Assembly (NCBI GenBank): GCA_024278175.1
Contig: JAJRTS010000003.1
Span: 6,679-70,678 of the forward strand
DNA from: Gemmatimonadales bacterium
GTDB lineage: Bacteria; Gemmatimonadota; Glassbacteria; GWA2-58-10
Length of the DNA: 64,000 nucleotides
Direction of reading: 5' to 3'
Below, piece after piece: positions 21,083-29,295 of the stretch. Under the pieces are notes generated by a model. The model did no database searches. It saw nothing but the letters and a program-made list of their open reading frames with translations, and was not told the origin of the DNA. A program made the position numbers and the translations under genes. Every line of letters starts with the position of its first letter. Within the stretch, counting starts at the first letter, position 1.

Positions 21083-21143
21083 TTGTGTCAACTGGTCGGG
21101 TTTATTATCATAACCGCAACTTATGAGAATGATACTCTATCTC
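21083..21143 (+). promoter_or_regulatory. Sigma70-like promoter followed by a Fur/Zur-family box
   Basis: TTGTGT(21083)-17 nt-TATCAT(21106). gagaatgatactctatctc (21125-21143) matches 14/19 of the Fur consensus GATAATGATAATCATTATC. Lies directly upstream of a metal ABC operon. Confidence 0.55.
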
Positions 21144-21161
21144 TTACCGGGGAGCCTTTCA

Positions 21162-22100
21162 ATGTCCTCTTTCAAAATTTTTTTTGTACTTTGTGCAGTA
21201 TTGCTAGCCGCCTGTTCCGGTGGTGACCGAGGCAACGAAACGGCGCGTCCGGACGATTCCAGACCGGTAATTGTCGCCACCACCACTATCGTGGCCGATA
21301 TTGCCCGTAACGTGGCCGGCGGGCGCATGAGAGTGGTCAGTATCATGAAGACCGGCGAGGACCCTCATATCTACGACCCCCGTCCCGGCGACGCGCGCCT
21401 GATAGCCGGGGCCGATGTGGTCCTGACCAACGGCCTGCATCTGGAGGGTACGCTGCAGGGGATCGTGCGCAACAACCTCAGAGAGGGGGCCGTTTTCCGG
21501 GAACTTGCCGAAGACGAGCGGATCGAAGTGATCGAAAGCGTACAATACCAGGGAGCTCCCGATCCGCACTGCTGGTTCAGCATCCCCTACGTTAAGGTCT
21601 ATGCCCGGAACGCCACCGAGGCCCTGTGCGATGCCGACCCGCCCAACGCCGATTATTATCGCGCCAACGCCCGCAGCTACCTGGCCCGGCTCGATTCGCT
21701 GGACTCCTATGCCCGCGGAGTTTTCGCTATGATTCCGGAAAAGAACCGGATTCTGGTCACGGCCCACGATGCGTTCCACTATTTCGGGATCGAGTACGGG
21801 ATCGAGGTGATGACCGTGATCGGGATCAGCACGGACAGCGAGCCACGGCCCCTGGACCTGGAGAACCTTGTCAACCTGATCAAGCGCAACAACGTGCCGG
21901 CGGTGTTTATCGAAACCAGCGTCAGCGCCAGTCTTAACAACCTGGTGCGCAAGGTGAGCGAGAAAACCGGCGCGCTAATCGGCGGAACGCTTTACAGCGA
22001 CAGCCTGGGAGAGCCTGATGGCGATTCCGGCACATTCCTCGGCATGTTCCGTCACAACGTGGACACTATCGCCGGCGCCCTGGGCAAGGGAGGGGCGTGA
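21162..22100 (+). CDS. Cluster A-I metal (Mn/Zn/Fe) ABC transporter substrate-binding lipoprotein, TroA-like
   Basis: Lipobox LLAAC; ligand motifs GEDPHIY, PDPHCW, AHDAFHYF, YSDSLG; GGGAG RBS before ATG 21162. Confidence 0.93.
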   Translation: MSSFKIFFVLCAVLLAACSGGDRGNETARPDDSRPVIVATTTIVADIARNVAGGRMRVVSIMKTGEDPHIYDPRPGDARLIAGADVVLTNGLHLEGTLQGIVRNNLREGAVFRELAEDERIEVIESVQYQGAPDPHCWFSIPYVKVYARNATEALCDADPPNADYYRANARSYLARLDSLDSYARGVFAMIPEKNRILVTAHDAFHYFGIEYGIEVMTVIGISTDSEPRPLDLENLVNLIKRNNVPAVFIETSVSASLNNLVRKVSEKTGALIGGTLYSDSLGEPDGDSGTFLGMFRHNVDTIAGALGKGGA

Positions 22101-22861
22101 GCATGGAGAAAGCGCTCGAAGTGCGGAACCTGACTGTTTCCTACGGCAGTAAAATCGTGCTGCGTAATGTCACGTTCAATATCCCCGCAGGCGTAAGCGT
22201 AAGTATGGTCGGGCCCAACGGCGCTGGCAAGAGCACACTGCTCAAGGCCGCCCTGGGCCTGATCGAACGTGACAGTGGCGAGGTGGACGTGCTGGGCGCG
22301 CCGTTCAACCCCCGTCAGGGAGTACTGGCCTACATTCCGCAGAAAGAGATTATCGACTGGGATTTCCCCGTCACCGTGCGCGATGTGGTAACGATGGGCC
22401 GCGGCGCCAGGCACGGCTGGCTCGGCAGGCCGGGGCGCAAGGACAGGGCCGCGGTGGAACAGGCGCTGGAAAAATGCGGGATGACCGAATATACGGACCG
22501 CCATATCCGCCAGCTCTCCGGGGGCCAGCAGCAGCGCGTGTTTATCGCCCGGGCGCTGGCCCAGGGGGCGCGGATCCTGATCATGGACGAGCCGTTCGCC
22601 GGGGTGGACGCCGCCACGGAGAACGCGATACTCGACCTGATGGACGGCCTTCGCGCCGAGGGCCGCACGCTGATCATGGTCAACCACGACCTGGACATCC
22701 TGGACCGGTTCGACTGGATAGTGATGCTCAACGGCACCCTGATCGCCGCCGGGCCGATGGCTGAGACCTACAACGAAAAAAACCGGCGGCTCACGTTCGG
22801 GCCCACACTGAGCGAGATTGTCCGCGCCGAGCAGATTATTGCAAAGGGGGTGGCGCGATGA
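22097..22861 (+). CDS. Metal ABC transporter ATP-binding protein, TroB/MntB-like
   Basis: GPNGAGKST, AYIPQKEIIDWDFPVTV, LSGGQQQRVFIARALAQ, MDEPFAGVD. Confidence 0.93.
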   Translation: MSMEKALEVRNLTVSYGSKIVLRNVTFNIPAGVSVSMVGPNGAGKSTLLKAALGLIERDSGEVDVLGAPFNPRQGVLAYIPQKEIIDWDFPVTVRDVVTMGRGARHGWLGRPGRKDRAAVEQALEKCGMTEYTDRHIRQLSGGQQQRVFIARALAQGARILIMDEPFAGVDAATENAILDLMDGLRAEGRTLIMVNHDLDILDRFDWIVMLNGTLIAAGPMAETYNEKNRRLTFGPTLSEIVRAEQIIAKGVAR

Positions 22862-24120
22862 TTGAAGCTTTCGCAACGGTGTTCGACGGTTACACGCTGG
22901 AGCTGGCCGCCAGTATGCTGGTGGGCACGGCCTGCGGAGTGATCGGCTGTTTCGTGGTCCTGCGGGGAATGGCGCTGGTGGGCGATGCGCTCAGCCACTC
23001 GGTGCTGCCCGGCGTGGTGGTGGCGTTCATGCTGGCAGGCGCCGGGCCGGTGCCGATGTTTATCGGGGCGATGACCTCGGGGATAGCCACCAGCGTGCTG
23101 ATCAACACGATCCAGAACAACAGCCGGATCAAGGGCGACTCGGCGATCGGACTGGTGTTCACGGTCTTTTTCGCTGTCGGCGTGATCCTGATCAGCGCCC
23201 TGCCGCGCGGCACTCATTTCGATCTGAAATGTTTCCTGTTCGGCAACCCGCTGGCGGTGGGCCAGTCTGACCTGTGGATGATGGTGATCGTGGCCGCGGT
23301 GGTATGCGCGGCGGTGGTGCTGCTGTTCCACCCGCTGCGCACGGCCAGTTTCGATCCCGTGATGGCGGCCTCGGTGGGGATCAACCCCAAGGTGGCCCAT
23401 TACGTGGTGATGATCCTGCTGGCGGCCACGGTGGTGGCGAGCCTTCAGGCAGTGGGGATCATCATGGTGGTGGCGATGATTATCGCCCCCGGAGCCACGG
23501 CCTACCAGTGGACGGACAGGCTGGGTACGATGCTGTGGCTGGCCGCGCTGATCGGCACGTTCAGCACGGGACTGGGGTTCGTGGTCAGTTTCTGGCAGAA
23601 CTGGCCCAGCGGCCCGGCGATGACCCTGGTGGCGGGCGGGCTGTTCATCTTCTCGATGTTATTCTCGCCCAGCTACGGGATTGTCGCCGCGGCAACAACC
23701 AGGCGGCGCAACAAACAGCATATCGCCCGCGAGGACTTGCTCAAGGCGCTGGCCCGGATGCCGGACCATGTCGCTTCGGATAAACAACTGGCGGAGTCGA
23801 CCGGATTGAGCAGGAAAAGGGTTGTGGCTCTGGGCGGCAAGCTGGCGGCAAAAGGACTGGTGGATAAGCTGGGCGATGGCCGCTACCGGCTCAGCGCCGC
23901 CGGTGACGAGTTCGCTCACGGCCTGCTGCGCACGCACCGGCTCTGGGAGTCCCTGCTGCATGAGACGGGTATCGACCCGGCCCAGTTACATCCGCTGGCC
24001 GAGCGGCTGGAGCACGCCCACGAGCTGGCCGACGTGCTGGACAGCAGGCTCGGCTCGCCGGAGAGGGACCCTCATGGACGAAAAATTCCGCGGCCTGAAG
24101 GCAAGTATGCGGACGATTGA
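22858..24120 (+). CDS. Metal ABC permease (ABC-3) fused to a C-terminal DtxR/MntR-like metal-dependent repressor domain
   Basis: GDALSHSVLPG and DSAIG permease motifs. The C-terminal ~130 aa carry an HTH (QLAESTGLSRKRVVALGGKLAAKGLV) and HRLWE...AERLEH...LGSPERDPHGRKIP. Confidence 0.88.
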   Translation: MIEAFATVFDGYTLELAASMLVGTACGVIGCFVVLRGMALVGDALSHSVLPGVVVAFMLAGAGPVPMFIGAMTSGIATSVLINTIQNNSRIKGDSAIGLVFTVFFAVGVILISALPRGTHFDLKCFLFGNPLAVGQSDLWMMVIVAAVVCAAVVLLFHPLRTASFDPVMAASVGINPKVAHYVVMILLAATVVASLQAVGIIMVVAMIIAPGATAYQWTDRLGTMLWLAALIGTFSTGLGFVVSFWQNWPSGPAMTLVAGGLFIFSMLFSPSYGIVAAATTRRRNKQHIAREDLLKALARMPDHVASDKQLAESTGLSRKRVVALGGKLAAKGLVDKLGDGRYRLSAAGDEFAHGLLRTHRLWESLLHETGIDPAQLHPLAERLEHAHELADVLDSRLGSPERDPHGRKIPRPEGKYADD

Positions 24121-25659
24121 TCAGATCAGGCCGATACTGGCCAGGCTGCTCCAGAGCAGATAGGAGCCGATCAGCACCAGCGCCGCTCCCGCAACAGCCG
24201 GCAGGGACTGGACCACCTTGCCCGCTGTTTTACCAAATATTTTGCTGCTCCGCTCTTGCCTGTCAAACAGGCCACGGACGTAAATGGTCGCAAGCCCCAC
24301 GGCCATCAGCACCAGCGCCAGGCCCAGGCTCATCGCCACTATCAGCATCAAACCCAGCCCCGGTTCGCCGAATCCGAGAGCGAGGAAAAAGATCCAGATC
24401 GCTCCGGGGCACGGCGCCAGCCCACCGGCGAACCCCAGCCAGAGAATCTGCCGGTAGCCGCCCTCTTCCGTAGGCGGCAGGTGATGATGGTGATCGTGAT
24501 CGTCATCTTGATGCTCATGGCCGTGAGAACCATCATGGTCATGCTCATGGCTATGGCCTCCCCCGCCGCGGATGCGCTGGATACCCAGCGCCAGCACGAT
24601 CAGGCCCGATACAGCGCCCAGGATCGCCTGGCTCCGCAACCCTATCCCATCGCCCCAGGCCAGTTTCGTTATCACTGCCAGCACCAGGATGCTGCCGGTA
24701 TGAGTGGCCGTCACGATGCCCGAGAGCGCAACGGCGTGGGGCCAGCCATGCCTGCTGCCCACCAGATAAGCGGCGGTGAGCGTTTTGGCGTGGCCGGGCG
24801 TGAGCGCGTGCACGGCCCCGTAGGCGAACGCCGCCAGCAGGATCAGCCATAACCCGGCCAGTCCTTCCCGCCCGTTTTCAAAGTACTCCCGCACCCGGTC
24901 GCGAAGATTATTACCGCGGCTATCCTCCGTGGCTCTTCCCTGCGCCGCGGTTACCGCAAACGGCTTGTCGGCAGGGGCGGGTTTAACCGAGCCGGGGAAA
25001 TAGTAGGCCTGGGCATAGCGCACAATCCGCCACTGCCGCTCCCCTTTCGTTATTGCCTGTTCCAGTTCCGGGCTATCGCGGCGGCGCACGGCAAGCTCGA
25101 TATTCTCCAGTTGCTTAGCCCCCGCCGGCGCGCTGTCCGGCAGGCTGATCCGCTCTACTTCAAGCGCCCTGTCCGCCACCACGGCCACGATCAACTGCCC
25201 CTGGTGCGGCCACTGGCCGCTACCGGTAAGAGCCAGTTGCATCTTTTTCGTCCGGCCGGATTCAATGCTTAGCGGCGCGCTCAGCTCTAAAGTGATATCG
25301 CAGTGCTGGGGAATAATCCCGCGGCTGTCGAACAACTCCACCATCGGCTCCCGTATCGGCGTGAGCTCCAGCCGCGCTCCGTCCGCCCTGAGCTCTATCC
25401 GCGAGGCCACGCTGTCGAGCAGACCGGTGCTGAAAGTCGCCGCTTCCCTGTCCGTGATAACATCGTCGGCATCCCGGTCCATCGCCAGCCGCACGCTCAG
25501 CGCTGGAAATTCCTTGTAGCCGAACTGGATCCGCAACTCCACGGCTTGCCCGGAAAGACGCAGCTCCGCCACCCGGTCGGTGTCGTACATGTTGAGCATG
25601 TGGGCGCTCGCCAGGGACGGCAACAGTAAAAGGATTATCGCGGAGACAAATTTATCCAA
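24121..25659 (-). CDS. RcnA/NicO-family Ni/Co/Zn transporter with His-rich loop, fused to an N-terminal periplasmic DUF1007-like domain
   Basis: HALTPGHAKT, TATHTGS, HSHEHDHDGSHGHEHQDDDHDHHHH, GLAPCPGA. Signal peptide ending ASA-H; EF-hand-like DRDADDVITDRE. Confidence 0.8.
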   Translation of the reverse strand: MDKFVSAIILLLLPSLASAHMLNMYDTDRVAELRLSGQAVELRIQFGYKEFPALSVRLAMDRDADDVITDREAATFSTGLLDSVASRIELRADGARLELTPIREPMVELFDSRGIIPQHCDITLELSAPLSIESGRTKKMQLALTGSGQWPHQGQLIVAVVADRALEVERISLPDSAPAGAKQLENIELAVRRRDSPELEQAITKGERQWRIVRYAQAYYFPGSVKPAPADKPFAVTAAQGRATEDSRGNNLRDRVREYFENGREGLAGLWLILLAAFAYGAVHALTPGHAKTLTAAYLVGSRHGWPHAVALSGIVTATHTGSILVLAVITKLAWGDGIGLRSQAILGAVSGLIVLALGIQRIRGGGGHSHEHDHDGSHGHEHQDDDHDHHHHLPPTEEGGYRQILWLGFAGGLAPCPGAIWIFFLALGFGEPGLGLMLIVAMSLGLALVLMAVGLATIYVRGLFDRQERSSKIFGKTAGKVVQSLPAVAGAALVLIGSYLLWSSLASIGLI

Positions 25660-25672
25660 CTCTCAAAACTCC

Positions 25673-27283
25673 TTATCGCGCTTCCGGCAACGGCAGGGCG
25701 CTGGGACGGCCCTCGAGCAGGGCTTGCAGCACCAGCTTGGCCCGCGCCAGGGCGCTGTCGATTTCGCCGGAGGAAATATGCTCCATCGAACCCTCCAGCC
25801 GTGCAATTATCTGGCGGGCGCTGTCACGGCTGAAGGGCAGTTTACCGCCGACATATACGTACACCGGATTGGTGTGGGCCTCGGTACCGGCCGGCCCGCT
25901 GACCCGCGCGGCGATCCAACTGCTCGAATTAATCCTGACTTCCCTGCTCAGGTTGACTCTCGTGCGCGGCTGGTTGTAAAGCTCCCTGGCCACCGCCCAG
26001 CCGTTGACTATCAGATCCACGCAGTTAACCGGGTAGAGCGGGCTCCGGACGCTGAGCCTCACCGTGAACGTGGTGTCCACGCCCTCGCCCAGCGAGATGA
26101 TATCACCGGGCAGGTGACCGTCCATGTCGAGAAAAAGCATCGGGGCGCTGGTGGCGAAACTTTTTCCCGCAACGGCAAGCTCCGCCCAGGTTCTTGGCGA
26201 CGGCGTGTTTTGCGAGTACACATAGGTAAGCTCGCTGCCCAGCTCGCGCGTGTATGGAAAATCGCTGGCCCCGACAATCGGCAGGCGGAAGCCGATATTG
26301 AGGAAGTCGTACCAGCCGTCCAGGCCCAGGCTACGGTAGCCGCCGAACTGCAACAGCTCGAGAAAATCCATCTTACTCTCCAGTAACAGACGGTCGGTTT
26401 CCGTGTCGGAGTACCCTCCGTGGGCCAGGCCGATGAAACCATTAATATCGTGCGCCTGATCCGCGATAACCCCCAGCGACGGGCCCGCGCTCACGTCCGC
26501 GCTGGCATCTGCCTGTCCCGGCACGTAGCCATCGGGCAGGATAATAGTCACGTGGCCCAGCTCACCCGACCTGTACTCCTGCCCGGAGCTGATCCAGTAC
26601 CCGTCACGGTCGAACGAACTCCCCTCACCAAGTCCCTTTTCCTGCAACCAGGACTCGTACCGACTGCCTCTGCCGTAACCCGTGGTGTTCATCGACAACA
26701 GGTATCCGTAGCGGATACCCCTGGCGCTGGTGAGCGTCAGCAGGGAGTCGTCATTGGTCCCGGTGCGATTCATGTGGATATGCGTGTCCCCGGCGTACCA
26801 GCCGCGCGCGGCCATGTCGGTCCAGCGCTCCAGTTCAAGGGTAAGCTCCAGGGTGTCGCGCGGCGCGGTTTTGACCAGGGTTTTGCTGCTAAAGTACTCG
26901 TAGCCCCGGCCGGCCTGAAGCGTGCAGTCCCCCGGCGGGACTTTTATCGTGAATTCTCCACCGGTGTAGAAGTAATAACCCAGCTCCCGGAAACGCACCG
27001 GACCTTTTTGGCGGTTGCCGCTGTAGCGCAGGCCGAAACGCCGGTAGCCGTTGTGTTCCGGCTCCACCGCGCCGCCGTTGACGCTTACGTGGGCGCTGAC
27101 AACTTTGCCCGTGCTGCTGTCAACCACCCGGACCCTGAGCAGCGCCCAGTCCGGCTGAGGCTCAAGCGGCGGCGGAGCCACGGGCTTCGTGACTTCGATC
27201 ATCGGACGGAAATGCGCAAGAGCGGGAGATCCAACGGACAAAGCCGGCAAAAACGCCAGCGCAAGAATCAGCAAAAATCTCAT
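25673..27283 (-). CDS. Secreted CehA/McbA-family (PHP-like) metallohydrolase
   Basis: GWYAGDTHIH, GQEYR...GHV, AHGG, WYDFLNIGFRLPIVGASD, SSWIAAR, AHTNPVYV. Signal peptide; ATGA overlap with the upstream gene. Confidence 0.8.
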   Translation of the reverse strand: MRFLLILALAFLPALSVGSPALAHFRPMIEVTKPVAPPPLEPQPDWALLRVRVVDSSTGKVVSAHVSVNGGAVEPEHNGYRRFGLRYSGNRQKGPVRFRELGYYFYTGGEFTIKVPPGDCTLQAGRGYEYFSSKTLVKTAPRDTLELTLELERWTDMAARGWYAGDTHIHMNRTGTNDDSLLTLTSARGIRYGYLLSMNTTGYGRGSRYESWLQEKGLGEGSSFDRDGYWISSGQEYRSGELGHVTIILPDGYVPGQADASADVSAGPSLGVIADQAHDINGFIGLAHGGYSDTETDRLLLESKMDFLELLQFGGYRSLGLDGWYDFLNIGFRLPIVGASDFPYTRELGSELTYVYSQNTPSPRTWAELAVAGKSFATSAPMLFLDMDGHLPGDIISLGEGVDTTFTVRLSVRSPLYPVNCVDLIVNGWAVARELYNQPRTRVNLSREVRINSSSWIAARVSGPAGTEAHTNPVYVYVGGKLPFSRDSARQIIARLEGSMEHISSGEIDSALARAKLVLQALLEGRPSALPLPEAR

Positions 27284-28230
27284 TTGGAACCTCTGAACGC
27301 GGTGAGTGAAAACAGGCTGGCCGAGACAATACACCAGACCGTGAATATGGCCGAGGGCAGGGCCACGCCGGGCATGTGGCTGAAATGGGTCAGGGCCAGC
27401 ACGGTACCCATCCCGGCGTTCTGCATGCCGATCTCGATTGCCAGGGTGCGACGCTCTGCCTCCCGCAGACGGATCAGCCGGCCGAAGTACCAGCCGCCGG
27501 CCATCCCGACCGCGTTAAGGGCGACCACCAGGACCAGCAACGTTGCGCTGGCCTCACGGATAAGCTCCACGTTGCGGGCCACCACCACGGCGCAGATCAC
27601 CACTATCGCGAAAATACTCAACGTGGGAAACAACTCGATAAACCCGGCGATCCTGCGGCCCAGCAGCCGCCGGAACACCATCCCGGCCAGCAGCGGCAGC
27701 AGCACGGCCTTGATAATGGTCAACATCATGCCCACGTACGGAATCTGAACCACATCGCCCAGCAGCACCAACGTAAGAGCCGGGGTGATCCACGGGCTGA
27801 GAAAAGTGGAAACCGTGGTCAGCGCCACCGAGTAGGCCACGTTGCCCCGCGCGAGATAGGCCAGCACGTTGGAACTCATCGCCCCCGGCACGCAGCCGGT
27901 GAGCACCAGGCCCAGGGCCAGCTCGGGCCGGACCGCCACCAGCCGTGTCAACGCGAACGCGGCCAGCGGCATAATCGTGAACTGGGCCAGCGAACCGAGC
28001 AGGATCTTGTCCCAGCGGCGAAGAGTGCCGGAGGCGTCCTCGATCCGAAGCGTGACCCCGATCCCGAACATGGTCAGCCCGAAAAAGAGAGTCACCTGCT
28101 CGCTGACCCAACCGTCGAACAGAGCTGGATGGTAAAACGCCAGAGCGCACCCGGCCACCACCCAGAGCGGAAACATGCCGTTGATCAGCTTTACCGTTCT
28201 CATCCGTTCCCGTTCTCCGGGCGCCGTCAC
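27280..28230 (-). CDS. Bile acid:sodium symporter (BASS) family transporter, possibly PanS-like
   Basis: MFGIGVTL, AQFTIMPL, GCVPGAMSSNV, RTLAIEIGMQNAGMG; about 9-10 TM segments. Confidence 0.9.
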   Translation of the reverse strand: MTAPGERERMRTVKLINGMFPLWVVAGCALAFYHPALFDGWVSEQVTLFFGLTMFGIGVTLRIEDASGTLRRWDKILLGSLAQFTIMPLAAFALTRLVAVRPELALGLVLTGCVPGAMSSNVLAYLARGNVAYSVALTTVSTFLSPWITPALTLVLLGDVVQIPYVGMMLTIIKAVLLPLLAGMVFRRLLGRRIAGFIELFPTLSIFAIVVICAVVVARNVELIREASATLLVLVVALNAVGMAGGWYFGRLIRLREAERRTLAIEIGMQNAGMGTVLALTHFSHMPGVALPSAIFTVWCIVSASLFSLTAFRGSK

Positions 28231-28528
28231 AATGACTTCGCTATCGCTTTATTATCCGGTTCATTTAGCTTGCCTGGCGCAATGGACTGATGATCAATAC
28301 TAAGCCACGTGTTGTGCGCTGGCAAGCTATTCTCCGGCCTTGTGGACCGGTATTCGTGCCGGGCCGTTTGATTTTGCGCGTTGTGAGAGGTGAAATAATT
28401 ACCTGGGCGGGATTTATGCGAACAGGCATAATTTCGGCGATTTATTGACCCGCCGGTACAAAGATTCCAACCCGGTTATCCGCCGGAAATCCAATAACCG
28501 GGCCCGGCGCTTCCGGGAAAAGACGGCG

Positions 28529-28879
28529 CTACGGCTTAACTCTGTTCCCGCTGTCCATCAGCAGGATTCGGGGCTTAAGCGCAGCGGCCTCCGCCTGGTC
28601 CACCTGCGCGTAACTCATGATGATAACCCTGTCGCCCTCAACGGCCAGCCGGGCCGCCGCGCCGTTGAGGCTGATCGTACGGCTGCCGGCCGGGGCCTCG
28701 ATGACGTAGGTCTGGAAACGCTTGCCGTTGTTTACGTTGACCACGTCCACTTTCTCGAACGGCAGCAGTCCCGCGCCATCGATCAGCTCACGGTCAATTC
28801 CGATAGAACCCTCGTAATGCAGCACGGTCTCGGTCACCGTGGCCATGTGAATCTTGCATTTCAACATCGTGAGCAGCAT
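28529..28879 (-). CDS. panD: Aspartate 1-decarboxylase
   Basis: MLKCKIHMATVT, LHYEG-SIGID autocleavage site, NNGKRFQTYVI, LNGAAAR, GDRVIIMSY. Confidence 0.96.
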   Translation of the reverse strand: MLLTMLKCKIHMATVTETVLHYEGSIGIDRELIDGAGLLPFEKVDVVNVNNGKRFQTYVIEAPAGSRTISLNGAAARLAVEGDRVIIMSYAQVDQAEAAALKPRILLMDSGNRVKP

Positions 28880-29295
28880 GATTTTAACCCCCGGCAAAAC
28901 CAGCGCGTCATTACTGCCGGCCAGACAAACGGAACGAACCGGCAGGGAAAACTTAAATTAACTCCGGTGCAAGAAATTTACTCGTTAATCGTGAATTTGT
29001 AAATGCGCTGGACCCGAATCAGCTATCAAAACAGAGATCTTACCCTGATCAACCAAAATCCGCAAGCGGCTCGAAGGAAGAGCGGCAATCAATCAAAACC
29101 TGCTTAAAGTGTAACCGGGGCATTGAAATGTAAGTTAGTAAGGTGGTAACATCAGCCGGGGCTGTCTCCTCTTTGCCAATCCCCTGCCGGTTGTGTTCAA
29201 CGACCGGCAGGATCATTGCAGCACCGATGGCGCTATCCCGGGCTATGCTGGTTTCATTGGATTGCCCTGTTACCTGATTAAACAGGAGCGGTAAT

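Noticed and set aside
20898-21120. Search for an attR copy of the tRNA-Arg 3' end and an integrase
   Set aside because: No repeat of ttccagtcaggggtacca and no recombinase ORF were seen, so the islet is not called an intact integrative element.
24478-24556. Low-complexity gat/cat trinucleotide repeats
   Set aside because: Fully explained by the His/Asp-rich loop of the RcnA-like transporter; not an array.
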